A stretch of 64,000 nt of DNA from Octopus sinensis (GCF_006345805.1 NC_043005.1:85436001-85500000); one strand, 5' to 3'. Positions 40,581 through 53,646 are shown, numbered from the stretch's first letter. Numbers and translations are program-made. The notes: generated by a model from the sequence alone, not told the origin.

Positions 40581-40643
40581 TGCATTTATGTGTGTGTGTG
40601 TGTATGCATGCATATATATATATGTATGTGTACATATATATTC

Positions 40644-40678
<35 letters not shown>

Positions 40679-40842
40679 CATGCATATTTGTAGATATATA
40701 TATATTTATATATATATGCATCTACCTCTCTATCTATCTATTATATATATTTATACATAGATATGCATATATGCTTGTACAAACATACACACACACATAT
40801 ATATATACACACATATTTATACATATATATACATACATTCAC

Positions 40843-40926
<84 letters not shown>

Positions 40927-40936
40927 TATATAACAC

Positions 40937-40985
<49 letters not shown>

Positions 40986-41128
40986 CTATATATATATTAT
41001 ATATAATATACAATCAAGGAACGGCCATAATAGGCCATTCACCCACTAGAATAACAGCCAAAAGCTTTAACCGCAAAATAACATCAATTCCGTAAACCAG
41101 GAGAAAATTAAAAAACATTTACCCTGTA

Positions 41129-41235
41129 ATTTCTTATACGATGCACCGTTTCGTCTACTGTTTAATGGTAAACTAACCTGATTAAATTAAATCAAGCCAA
41201 TCTACCATAGGCCCTTAGATTCATCAGTAAGAAAT
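41129..41235 (-). ncRNA. Type I hammerhead motif (inverted copy)
   Basis: Reverse complement of 41457-41563. Confidence 0.7.
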
Positions 41236-41456
41236 AGCCAAGTCGGAACAGATATTTTTCACGAGGCATTTTTTTTTTGCCACCCTATATTGATTAATTA
41301 TGAATTTTCTGGTTAATTCCGTAATGGAATCGGCGGCTTATATTTATTTGCTGCCGATAAATTTGGCGCGAGTGCGATGATTTGAAAATTTTAGGTCAGA
41401 TATTGCCGAGGCAGGGACGGGAATGCCTCGTGAAAAATATCTGTTCCGACTTGGCT

Positions 41457-41563
41457 ATTTCTTACTGATGAATCTAAGGGCCTATGGTAGATTGGCTTGA
41501 TTTAATTTAATCAGGTTAGTTTACCATTAAACAGTAGACGAAACGGTGCATCGTATAAGAAAT
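41457..41563 (+). ncRNA. Type I hammerhead motif, unit 1
   Basis: atttctta-CTGATGA-atcta...tagac-GAAAC-ggtgcatc-GTA-taagaaat. Perfect 8-bp helix I, near-palindromic helix III and GUA cleavage triplet. Confidence 0.72.
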
Positions 41564-41944
41564 TACAGGGTAAATGTTTTTTAATTTTCTCCTGGTTTAC
41601 GGAATTGATGTTATTTTGCGGTTAAAGCTTTTGGCTGTTATTTCTTGTGGGTGAATGGCCTATTATGGCCGTTCCTTGATTGTGATGTTGAACTTAAAAA
41701 TGGTCTATGACTATTTAATTTTTTCCCACTAGGCCGCTGGTGGCAAAAAAATTCTACAAAATTTTTTTGCCACCCTATATTGATTAATTATGAATTTTCT
41801 GGTTAATTCCGTAATGGAATCGGCGGCTTATATTTATTTGCTGCCGATAAATTTGGCGCGAGTGCGATGATTTGAAAATTTTAGGTCAGATATTGCCGAC
41901 AGGGACGGGAATGCCTCGTGAAAAATATCTGTTCCGACTTGGCT

Positions 41945-42049
41945 ATTTCTTACTGATGAATCTAAGGGCCTATGGTAGATTGGCTGATTTAATTTAATCA
42001 GGTTATTTACCATTAAACAGTAGACGAAACGGTGCATCGTATAAGAAAT
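41945..42049 (+). ncRNA. Type I hammerhead motif, unit 2
   Basis: Same core and helices as unit 1. Confidence 0.72.
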
Positions 42050-42431
42050 TACAGGGTAAATGTTTTTTATTTTCTCCTGGTTTACGGAATTGATGTTATT
42101 TTTTGCGGTTAAAGCTTTTGGCTGTTATTTTCTGTGGGTGAATGGCCTATTATGGCCGTTCCTTGATTGTGATGTTGAACTTAAAAATGGTCTATGACTA
42201 TTTAATTTTTTCCCACTAGGCCGCTGGTGGCAAAAAAATTCTACAAAATTTTTTTGCCACCCTATATTGATTAATTATGATTTTCTGGTTAATTCCGTAA
42301 TGGAATCGGCGGCTTATATTTATTTGCTGCCGATAAATTTGGCGCGAGTGCGATGATTTGAAAATTTTAGGTCAGATATGCCGAGGCAGGGACGGGAATG
42401 CCTCGTGAAAAATATCTGTTCCGACTTGGCT

Positions 42432-42537
42432 ATTTCTTACTGATGAATCTAGGGCCTATGGTAGATTGGCTTGATTTAATTTAATCAGGTTATTTTACCA
42501 TTAAACAGTAGACGAAACGGTGCATCGTATAAGAAAT
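42432..42537 (+). ncRNA. Type I hammerhead motif, unit 3
   Basis: Same core and helices as unit 1. Confidence 0.72.
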
Positions 42538-43197
42538 TACAGGTAAAATGTTTTTTAATTTTCTCCTGGTTTACGGAATTGATGTTATTTTGCGGTTAAA
42601 GCTTTTGGCTGTTATTTCTAGTGGGTGAATGGCCTATTATGCCGTTCCTTGATTGTGATGTTGAACTTAAAAAGGTCTATGACTATTTAATTTTTTCCCA
42701 CTAGGCCGCTGGTGGCAAAAAAATTCTACAAAATTTTTTTTTGCCACCCTATATTGATTAATTATATATATATATATATATATATACATACACATTTTAT
42801 ATACATACACACACAAATAAATATACCCATGAATGTGTAGTTACACACACACACACACACACACATAAATGAAATACCAGAGCAAATACTGGTGTGAAAG
42901 GTTAAAGAAATAAAATAGCAATTATAAAGATGTCTCTTATAAAATGAATGAAACTTTGGCTTGTTTTTTGTCATTTAAGAGCAACTGATAGAAATATGAA
43001 TGAAACTAAATAGCAAAAAAAAAAAAGAAAAAAGAAAACTAAAATATATTTAAAAATTAGAAGCCGTTCATGGTGCCTCCGACAAACATAACCACCATCA
43101 TGCCAAACCACACACTCCCCTGCTCCATTAAAGATGGCTTTAAAAAAAAACACAGCAACCAGACAGGAAAAATAAACAATACTGAATGAGTCGTTTT

Positions 43198-43277
43198 ATG
43201 TGTTTGTGTAAGTGTGTGTGTGCGTGTGTGTGTGTGTGTGTGTGTGGTGAGTGCGTGTGTGTGTGTGTGTTGTGTGT

Positions 43278-43309
<32 letters not shown>

Positions 43310-43507
43310 TGTGAGTGTGTGTGAGTGTGTGTGTGTGCGTGTGTGTGTGTGTGTGTGTGTTGTGAGTGTGTGTGAGTGTGTGTGTGTGTGTGTGGTGTGT
43401 GTGTGTTGTGAGTGGTGTGTGCGTGGTGTGTGTGTGTGTGTGTTGTGGTGTGAGTGTGTGTGAGTGTGTGTGTGCGTGTGGTGTGTGTGTGGGTGGTGTG
43501 TGTGTGT

Positions 43508-43540
<33 letters not shown>
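43198..43540. repeat. Interrupted (GT)n microsatellite
   Basis: Directly visible. Confidence 0.97.
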
Positions 43541-43544
<4 letters not shown>

Positions 43545-44168
43545 ATATGGCTGGGAAATGAGAGCAATTTGCCAAGCATAAAATTATAAAATTGTGTACG
43601 TTTATCATGAGGTATATGTTACACTGGCAAACATACATACATACATACATACAAACATAGACACATGTGCCTGTGTCACTTTGTCTCCATACACACACAC
43701 ACACACACACACACTCAAACACACATACACACACATATACATACATACATACATATATACATACATATATATATATATATATACACATATATACAGTCAT
43801 GTATAAACATTTATGCAAATAAATTATATATATATATGAATAAACGTATATATATATACATACATGTATATATATATATATGTGTGTATACATATGTAAA
43901 TGTGTGCATATATATGTGTGTGTGTGTATGTATGCACATATAAACATATAAATATACATGTTTAATACTCTTGCTATACATATAGATAGATAGATAGATA
44001 GATAGATAGACAGACAGATAAGCATGCTGTAAGTTTCATCCCAATACATGTGCAAATGGACATGTACATATGTGTATGTGTGTACACGTGCATATATATA
44101 TATATATATATTTGTATATGTATATATGTATATGTATATATGTATGTATGTCTGTGTCAATCTATCTT

Positions 44169-44221
<53 letters not shown>

Positions 44222-44638
44222 AGATTTATCCATTAAGAAAAAAAGTATCAAGAGAAACAGAGGCCAGATAACTCCATTGAACACTTAACAGTTCTGTGGA
44301 TATGACACTATTTCAATGTATCTCCTTGAATGATTTCCGTTTCCCTGTCTGAGGTATTAAGGTGGAAATACAATTCTTCTTTGACACAGAATTGTGGCTA
44401 TCAGCATCTTGTCCTCTTCATCCTGCTGGGAACAAATTGCTCTTAGATTCTCTTCCATAGGTAGACATGTTTGCTTTCATATTTTTCGTCGCTGCCTCGT
44501 GTTAACTTCATGAACACATTACCATATGTTTAAATTCCTACATACATACATGCATACATACATACATACATACCTACCTACATACATACATACATGCACA
44601 CACACATATATATATATAACTGTATATAGATACATACA

Positions 44639-44684
<46 letters not shown>

Positions 44685-45323
44685 CACACTCACTATGCAT
44701 ATATGTGTATATATAAACATATACATATATATGTATGTATATATATGCATATGTATATATGTGTGTGTGTTTGCCTCTCTCTGTGTGTGTATGTGTGTAT
44801 ATATATATGTATATATATTTGTATATCTATGTATAAATACGTGTGTGTGTGTGTATATATATATATATAAGATAGATAGATATCAGACTTACAGAAATTC
44901 ATATACATATGCATGGTTATATATGTAAGTAAGTACCTACAGAAATGTGTATATCTATAGGTGTGTTTGTGTAAATTAATTTATATATGCAATCAAAGAC
45001 ACACATATTTTGTCAGACAAACTCTATCCTCCATGGTGTTATTTTGGTGGACAAAATGCTTAAGAAAAAATCAAACATATTTGATGAGAAGATTGCTTTC
45101 TTTCCTTCTTTCTTGTATTCTGTCTGCCATAGGATAAAGGTCACAGACAGATAAGTGTTGAAGAAACTTGTTGAATGAAGGTGACGGGTGAAGGATGTGT
45201 CTAAATGCGGTGGGGAGTATTGGTGGAAACAGTTGTCTCTAAGATGGTCACAAGTAAGAATTGTCAAGAACAAATGGCGCCAAAATATTCTTTGGAGTGA
45301 TTGTGTCTCTGTGAGTGTGTGCA

Positions 45324-45389
<66 letters not shown>

Positions 45390-45443
45390 TATATATGTAT
45401 ATGTATATATATGTATATGTGCATATGTATATGTATGAGTATA

Positions 45444-45486
<43 letters not shown>

Positions 45487-45769
45487 TCATTATGCATATA
45501 CATAAGTGCACACATATATGAACACACGCACACATTTAAAATGTGCTCGTTTGTAACTTCATATAATTTTATATTTATGTGTGGTTGCAAATGTAAAAAA
45601 TCTTCTAAACACGTAGACACATATTTCTACATAAATATATCTATATTCATATCTATATGTATATATATATATGCGACACATGTATGTGTTGTGTGTGTAT
45701 GTGTATGTGTGTGTATATAGATAGCTAGATAGATAGATATAACTATTCATATATAAACTTCTGTAAGTC

Positions 45770-45828
<59 letters not shown>

Positions 45829-45830
<2 letters not shown>

Positions 45831-46230
45831 CTATATTAAAACTGAATTGCGTTTTTACCGCTTGGATCGCTTTCAATGCCACTACATCCCGTCCGATTCG
45901 CTCCAAAATTTACAGGGACATGTAGAATGAGGTGACGATGCGCGTGGGCTACCTTAGAAATCCCTATCTTAAAAGGTGTGGTTGCTAGGGGCCATCTTCC
46001 TACCTCACCCTATTTCCTCCAGTACTCTGTCACTCCTCTTCATAACTCTCAGAAGTCCACTACGGTTATTTAAAGTATCTGTCACTATCGCTATTTCCTT
46101 TCTTTTTCACTGACTCTGTTTCCTACCTTCCTATCACTTCGGCGGCGTTCTTTTAAGTATATGTCTGTCACCACACAATCAACACACGAGCATGAGAACA
46201 AATATTATGAATCAGATATTCTTGCGTTCA
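45829..46230 (+). mobile_element. Helitron-like 5' fragment
   Basis: a|TCtatattaaaactg...cgtccgattcgctccaaaattt resembles the other Helitron 5' ends. No 3' terminus found. Confidence 0.4.
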
Positions 46231-46598
46231 TTTATATGTGGTGTGTGTGTGTGTGTGTGGGTCTATATATATATATGTAATATAATGTATGTGTGTGTGT
46301 TCTATATATAAATATGTATATAATGTATGTGTGTGTGTGTGTGTGTTCTATATATAATGTATATATAATGTATGTGTGTGTGTGTGTCTATAATAAATAT
46401 GTATATATAATGTATGTGTGTGTGTGTGTTCTATATATAAATATGTATACGATATGTATATATAGAAAGTGTATATATCTGTATTTATGTATATTAAACT
46501 TTTTCATAGTTATATATATTTTTAAACAAATTATAAATATAATTTCATAATTTTTATTTTCAATTTAAATAATTTAAAGTTTTCAATTTTATATTTTA

Positions 46599-47511
46599 CT
46601 AGCAATATCGCCCGGCGTTGCTCCGGTTTGTAAGGGAAATAACTATATAAGCATTTTTAGTGAGTTATAGTAAAAAAAATAGCAAATAATGCATTAAAGA
46701 TGGAATAAAAAATGATAGTAATTTCTGTTTTAAATCGTTGACTCATCGTAGACATTTTTAGAGAGTTACTTCTCTTATATAATAGCGAAAATGCATTAAA
46801 ATGGAATAAAAAAATGATGGTAAATTTTTTTTAAATCGTAGACTCATCGTAGACGCGCGCTAATACCCAGAAGGACTCGATATGAATCACGACTATAAGA
46901 TACCCGGTTTTGGTTACACTGCACCGCAAAATGTGGGAGTAGTTAGGAATCTAAATCGTAGGAGACAGACACAAACCTTACTTTTATATATAAGATTTGT
47001 GCAACAACTAAAACATTCGGTTGTGCAAATTATTTGCACAGGAAACCTGCCATGTGTGCAGGTTTTTGCCGTTTTTGTGGATCTGTTTCAGCTTTTTTAG
47101 CGATCTCTGTTTTGGCGACTTCAAGCCATGAAGTCGTTGTTCTAAAAGAACGCTGGTCTCCTTCACAACGCATTACGATGTTGATTTCCTTACACTCCCT
47201 TCCCCACAGCTTCACGAGGGAGGGAAGAAGGGGGAGAAGCAACACAGGTGCAGGCGTGAGCGTGGACGCCAACTCCGCCGCCATCGACACACGAAAAAAT
47301 ATGCATTAAAATGGAATAAAAAATTATGTTAAATTATTTTTAAAATCGTAGACTCATCGTAGACGCGCGCTAATACCCAGACGGGCTCGATATGAATCAC
47401 GACTATAAGATACCTGAATTTGGTTAAACTGCACCGCAAAATTTCGGAGTAGTTAGGAATCTAAATCGAAGGGGACAGACACTCACACAACTACAGTTTT
47501 ATATATATAGA
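46599..47511 (-). mobile_element. Composite non-autonomous Helitron (two 5' ends, one 3' end)
   Basis: CTAG terminus at 46599 with hairpin. TC starts at 46995 and 47511. The ~210-bp 5' module is duplicated and shared with 398-794. Confidence 0.8.
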
Positions 47512-48512
47512 TATATTTTCTATGTTATATTTTCTTTTTTATGTTTTTGTTTTGGTTTTTCACTCTTTGATTTGCCTATTAGTGGTTTTATCTCTAATTT
47601 AATTTATACAGATATATATCTCATTTGTATACATTTGTATATATAATGCGTGCACACACACACACACACGCACACATATATATATATACACATATATATA
47701 TGTGTGCATTACGTAGTCGGTCGATTCACCTGAAAATATGCACACCTATGTTAAAGGTGCTGACAAGTTTGCATCACAACTATTTTGTTCTTCAAATGAA
47801 AGGCGTCACCTCTACGACAAAATTCCTCATCTTATAAAATGTGGCCCCAGTACACCCGAATGAAATCGGGTTATATTAACCAAAATGTGAAAAGGGGTCT
47901 AAATGTGGCTGGAAGGGGATTAAAATTTCAAAGAGCGGGTGTTTAGGAATTCTCTGTTGCATCAAGCTAAAAAATTTGCGCCAGCCTTTTAATCGTCAAT
48001 GTGTTGCCGTCCATGATAAAGAAGTTTTGAATGCTTGCCATGGTGACTCTACTGTCGTGAGAAAGAATCACTTCAAAACTTGGTGTTTACGAATTTTCTT
48101 TTACATCAAGTTCAAAATTTTACGCCAGCCGTTAAACTGTCACTACGTTGCTGTCCGTCGTTAACAAATGCCAGCCATGGTGACTCTACTATCCTCAGAT
48201 TTTATCCCTTCAAACTTTGGTTTCCAATATTTTATTATTTTTATTCAGCTCGCAAGTTCGTCTGTCCCTTTTCAATGTTAGCGTTTTGCTGTCTGCCTTG
48301 AAGCAGACCTTTCCATTGCCACTGCCTCATATTTCTGATTGATCTTTCTAAATATTTTATTTCTCAACTAACTCAAGATCTTCTGTTGTTTATAAATGGG
48401 AGAGAGATAGATAAAGATAGAGAGTAAGAGAAAGCGAGGGAGAGTCATAGAGAAAAGAAAAGTAAGAGAGTGGGAAAGTGAGAGAGAAAGGAGAGAGAAA
48501 CAAATACGGAGA

Positions 48513-48845
48513 ATCATCATCATCATCATCGTTTAACGTCCGTTTTCCGTGCTAGCACGGGTTGGGCAGTGTGACCGGGGTCTCGGAAGCCAGGAGGCTG
48601 CACCAGGCTCCAGTCTGATCTGGCAGTGTTTCTACAGGTGGATGACCTTCCTAACGCCAACCACACTGTGAGTGTAGTGAGTGCTCTTTTCGTGCCGCCG
48701 GCACTGGTGCCAGGGGGGCTCGCAGTGGCAACGATCGGTTGGTGCTTTTTACGTGCCACCAGCACAGAAGCAAGTCAATCGGCCACGTTCGGATGGTGCT
48801 TTTTACGTGCTGAAAGGAAGCAACAGAAAGTAGCACCCACACTCT
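48513..48845 (-). mobile_element. Repeat family C
   Basis: (CAT)n-cgtttaacgtccgttttcc...ttcctaacgccaaccac. Confidence 0.85.
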
Positions 48846-48892
48846 TACCCGCGCGTAGAGCGGGTCACCTTCAGCTAGTATATATATATATA

Positions 48893-50160
48893 TAAATGGA
48901 GTTAAACGCAGGTGTTATTCAAATATGTGTGTATATATAAACATATACATATATATGTATGTATGTATATATATGCATATGTATATATGTGTGTGTGTTT
49001 GCCTCTCTCTCTGTGTGTATGTGTGTATATATATGTATATATATTTGTATATCTATGTATTCTTTTACTTCCGTCTCATGTTTCAAAGGTATTACTGTTA
49101 TTATTCCAAAGGAAGAAAATAGTGTAAAACAATGTAATCTTCTCTTCGGGGAAGTGAAGAAATGAAACTCGTCAATAAAACATTTTAACAGGAAATGATG
49201 GATATGTATAGTGATTAACTGAATGTTATTAATATTGTTTAAAAAAAACGTTACAGGATATAACGTCAGAGGTAGCCTATAGAAAGAGGAGGGATAAAGT
49301 AAAGAAAAACTAAATAAATGAGAAGTATATGACTATATGTATATTAAATAAAACCTTATAGATTAGGAAAAATATATATCTAGTGAATGTGAAATGTAAA
49401 AAGAAAATTAATGTTTAAATTATATATAATAATACGAATCACTTATATGAACTAAAGGTGTGTTTCTGCCAATGTTTACATTGGTATGCACGCTCTATAA
49501 CCGTGTTTACAAGGGTTATTTTTAGAAAAAATAAAAATAGTTCAGAATTACAGAGAAGATAGAATTCCTTGCCTTTGTCATAAGGTATCGAGATTGAGAG
49601 AATCAACCAATCTAAATTAAATTGTTTATTATGGTCTCTTAGATTCCAAATTAATTTACTAAGCCCTGTACTGTTACGTTTATTCCTATCCCTAAATGTA
49701 GAGTAATGATTAGAAATTATTTTAGATAGCTGTAAAGACGTGCTTCCTATATAAAAATATACTTGATTACGAGTAGTAATTTTACAGTGGTATATAGAAT
49801 TTTTAATTTTAGAGTTACTTGACATAAACTTGATTTTGTTGTAATTGACTTCAGATACAATAACCTTGTTATTAATAATGCTAGACGGATGGATGGTATT
49901 AGCTAAATTAATGTTAGTATTAGTAAATGTATTAATATTTAACAGGTTGATATTATGTGAAGAGATAATTTTAAAGAAATATTTAGTGCTGGAAAAACCA
50001 ATCCTAACCGTATTTGAGTTGATAATGGAGTAATACCTAGAAATCTTTGGAAAATTCCTAATAGTAGCTTCACAAAACTGCAATAGGAGATTAGATTTAA
50101 TTTGGCTCCCATATGGAATAATCAACCAAATGGTTTTGCTACTAGTTATCTTATTTTTAG
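48893..50160 (-). mobile_element. Penelope-like retroelement, 5'-truncated 3' end
   Basis: GIY-YIG remnant followed by a terminal region with degenerate HHR acttcc-CCGAAGA...GAAAC..ggaagt (49067-49155). Confidence 0.75.
49439..50125 (-). pseudogene. Penelope-like GIY-YIG endonuclease domain remnant
   Basis: SIYHCKIT...YIGST...NHYSTF...NSTGLSKLIWNL...W.IL....PY......LCNSE...CKH is the typical PLE endonuclease signature. Confidence 0.8.
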
Positions 50161-50227
50161 TGTAATTACACTAAAAATAATTGTTAACAAGTGAAAAATA
50201 CATCTATCTAATCTATCTATCTATCTA

Positions 50228-50261
<34 letters not shown>

Positions 50262-50266
50262 ATATA

Positions 50267-50315
<49 letters not shown>

Positions 50316-50337
50316 ATATATATATATGTTATACATA

Positions 50338-51260
50338 CAGGGTGTCCCCCAAAATTTATACACGTTTTAAATAATTGTAAAGTAGGTGTTTATTAAAATA
50401 CATTTCATTTTCAAAATTTTATAGAATCTACAGACATTATTTTCTTGTTTGTCAACGCCTGTTTTCAAACTGACGTCCGTTCTGGTCCAGGTACTGTTGA
50501 CAACACGAAGCAATGGAATTGTAAACATCACGAAACAATTCGTTTGGTATTTGTGTGCATTCTCGTTCAATGGCTGCTCTGAAATCAGCGTCTGTTGCAG
50601 GTTTCATAGCTTAGACGTTTTCTTTTAGGTATCCCCATAAAAAAGGTCTAGTGGTGTGAGGTCTGGTGAACACAGAGGGTATTCAACGAAACCCCTTCAT
50701 ACAATCCACCTGTTTGGCAAGATTCCATCAAGGAAGGATCTAAAATCGTGATGGTAGTGTGGGGGTGCCCCATCTTGCTGAAAATAAAACTTCTCAATCT
50801 CTGTTGGAAAGTGTTCAACTTCTACACATCGTTCCACGTACCACTCGCAATACTGCACTCTTCGTTCTGGATCATCGTCATTTATAGCATGGACTAAACT
50901 TGGAACGTAACATTTCCATGAACAGCGATTCAAAATGCGTTCGACAGACGATTGTGAAATACCTACCTCACGACTCACTTGCGGCACGGATTTTCTTGGA
51001 CTTCAGTGATACGTTTCCAGCATTCCTTCTTGCTTTGTTGGGGCTGTTCATGTTCTTGCAACGCTTCTCGTGGACATCTGAACAGTTCCCTCGGCTCCAA
51101 GCTTATCTCTAATTCAAGTAATGGTAAGTCGCTTTGGAGGATCTGTTAGAAACTCCCCAGTAAAATGGCTTTGCACTTGGACTCCGTTTCACACTTCCAG
51201 TAGTCTTTTAGAATGAATTTCCTTTGTTCAAAGCTTTGTCTGACTGCCATCATTAATTCC
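50338..51260 (-). mobile_element. Tc1/mariner-superfamily element (DUF4817-type N-terminus), internally deleted
   Basis: TA-cagggtgtccc end. Peptides [39 protein letters not shown] and LWGYLKENV. Confidence 0.8.
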
Positions 51261-51612
51261 ATTCTGGAATGGAAAAACATCATTAGAGATACCGGCTGCT
51301 AAAGTGTGTATATATAAACGTGATTGACCAAGCAAAATACTGGGCCAAGCTCAAACGTGACTTGACTATAATTTTGTAACCTCGACGGGCATTAGAAAAA
51401 TCGATTTTTTCAATTTCCCTTAACTTTCTTAAACTTGGTTAAAATTGCATATACTTTATATTAATTTATTATAACCTTTTTTGCCTAATTGAGTCACCTT
51501 TGACTCTTCTTTCTAGCAACACTGGTACTATTTTGTACCCTTGTTTATAAATTTGCTTTGAGTTTTTATTTGCTTATAAGCCATTTGTATTATTTTAATA
51601 TTAAAGTATTAT

Positions 51613-51802
51613 TAAGGCGGCGAGCTGGCAGAAAACGTTAGCACGTCTGTCTTTACGTTCTGAGTTCAAATTCCGCCGCGGTCGACTTTCATCCTTTTGG
51701 GGTCGATAAAGCAGGTAGCAGTTGGTACTGGGATCGATCTAGTCGACTGGCCCCTCCCCCGTCCTCCAAAATGTCGGGTCTTGTGCCTAGAATAGAAAAG
51801 AA
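51613..51802 (+). mobile_element. SINE family A
   Basis: aaggcggcgagctggcag...gagttcaaattccgccgcggtcgactttc. Confidence 0.85.
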
Positions 51803-51842
51803 TATTAAACTATTATTATTTATGATATTATTAATTTATTAA

Positions 51843-52215
51843 TCGTCGTGGCACTCCGTCGGTTACGGCGACGAGGGTTCCAGTTGATCCGATCAACGGA
51901 ACAGCCTGCTCGTGAAATTAACGTGTAAGTGGCTGAACACTTCACAGACATGTGTAGCCTTAACGTAGTTCTCGGGGAGATTCAGCGTGACACAAAGTGT
52001 AACAAGGCTGGCCCTTTGAAGTACAAGTACAACAGAAACAGGAAGTAAGAGTGAGAGGAAGTTGTGGTGAAAGAGTACAGTAAGGTTCGCCACCACCCCC
52101 TGCTAGAGTCTCGTGGAGCTTTAGGTGTTTTCGCTCAATAAAAACTCACAACGCCCGGTCTGGGAATTGAAACCGCGAGTCCGCTACCCTAATCACTGGG
52201 CCATTGCACTTCCAC
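51843..52215 (-). mobile_element. SINE family D (tRNA-derived head)
   Basis: Minus strand: gcaatggcccagtgattagggtagcggactcgcggtttcaattcccagacc (A-box and B-box-like), then a GC-richer body. Confidence 0.75.
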
Positions 52216-52235
52216 AATTTATTAATAATACTGTT

Positions 52236-52624
52236 ATCTACATGTATAAAACATAGGATGTCTGTCTGTGTATTTGTCATGTCGTTAAAACTCGAGATCC
52301 ACCCAACCGATTTTACTGAAATTTTTCACATGCTTTACATAGGCTCCATGGAGTGTCAGGGGCCAAAATTCAACTTCTTGCCTAGTGAGGACCCAGGAGC
52401 AGATAAACCGCATTTTAAAGCATTTTTGTAGCGTTAAGGCTCGTAACTTGAAGAGTGCCATCTGGAAAATCCCAGAAAATCTTGTGCCAAACTTTGGCAT
52501 TGTTAATTATATAAAGAACAGTAGAGGGCGCCACTGCATTGTACTAAGAATCTAAAAATTGCCATCAGGATACAGAAATAGTTACTCCAACACCTTGGGT
52601 TTCAGAGGCCAACAGCCCTTTAGT
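52236..52624 (+). mobile_element. Helitron-like non-autonomous element
   Basis: a|TCtacatgtataaaa...tgtctgtctgtg...accgattttactgaaattt. Ends with an imperfect hairpin and ttag|t. Confidence 0.5.
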
Positions 52625-52858
52625 ATCTTCCCACAAAGCAGTTTCAAAACAAAACTGGATCTACTTCTGTCAAGACATCAGGATGAATCTTCCTGAAAGT
52701 AAAAAAACACAGATGAGGGCAGCAACGTCAAACTCCCACATTCACCAAATGTCACACATCAGAGGAGGTTTATTGAAAGTGCACTGAGGTAAACAATGGT
52801 GCCCCAGTATGGCCACAAAATGGTAAAATCAGAACGTTTCATTGTTCATTTATATGAA

Positions 52859-53243
52859 TGGCGCAGGAGTGGCTGTGTGGTAAGTAGTTCAATCCCATGG
52901 TTCCCGGTTCAATCCCACTGCGTGGCACCTTGGGCTAGTGTCTTCTACGATAGTCTTAGGCCGACCAAAGCCTTGTGAATGGATTTGGTCGATAGAAACT
53001 GAAAGAAGTCCCTCGTATATATGTATATATATGTGCGTGCGTTTGTGTATCTGTGTTTGTCCCCCTACATCGCTTGATAACTGATGTTAGTGTTTTTATG
53101 TCCCCGTAACCTAGCGGTTCGGCCAAAGAGACCGCTAGAATAAGTACTAAGCTTACAAAGAATAAGTCCAGGGATCGATTGCTCAACTAAAGGCAGTGCT
53201 CCAACATGTCCACAGTCAAATGACTAAAACAAATAAAAGAACA
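52859..53243 (+). mobile_element. SINE family B
   Basis: Full head, body and tail. Confidence 0.9.
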
Positions 53244-53646
53244 ATATATATATATATATATTGAGAAAAAGGAGGCAGTCAGAATTTTGGATAATTCTTT
53301 ATTAGTGCTTCTTTTGGTTTATCGAACTTCTCAGCACAAAATCAAAATGGTAAAATCGGAACGTTTCGTTGTTCATTTATATGAATAGGATGTTTTTGGC
53401 TTTGTTCAGAAGAGGAGAATAAAAAAATTTTGGGGGAAAGGGGTTGGGGAAAGAAAGGAAAGGAGGGAAGAAAACTAGACAGAGAGAGAGAGAGAGAGGT
53501 TTCAGGAAAATCAAAAAAGAGGAAAAATAATGAAAGATGGGGAAATGATAGATAGATAAATAGATAGGTAGATAGATAGACAGGCAGAAGGCAAACAGAC
53601 TGATAGACAGATAGTCAGATAGATAGATAGATAGATAGATAGATAA

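Larger units (their letters stand above)
41010..42765 (+). repeat. Tandem array of three ~488-bp units plus an inverted 260-bp partial copy, with one hammerhead per unit
   Basis: ttttgccaccctatattg recurs with periods 490, 487 and 487. Segment 41010-41270 is the reverse complement of part of the unit. (TA)n on both flanks. Confidence 0.95.

Noticed and set aside
41271-42765. CRISPR array or rDNA/snRNA repeat
   Set aside because: The units are ~488-bp full repeats with no unique spacers and no similarity that I recognise to rRNA or snRNA. The context is eukaryotic.
43057-44160. Longest ORF (367 aa) and the many other YI/HT/CV/poly-I ORFs
   Set aside because: Stop-free translations of dinucleotide and trinucleotide microsatellites, with no domain content.
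45013-45310. Possible Penelope ORF linker remnant (LQRIFWRH...FPPILPTAFR across a frameshift)
   Set aside because: The similarity is too short and weak to annotate without an HMM search.
52817-53386. 43-bp direct repeat (52817-52859 and 53345-53386) as the TSD of the SINE
   Set aside because: It is too long, and the second copy is ~100 bp beyond the SINE tail, so it is not a clean TSD.
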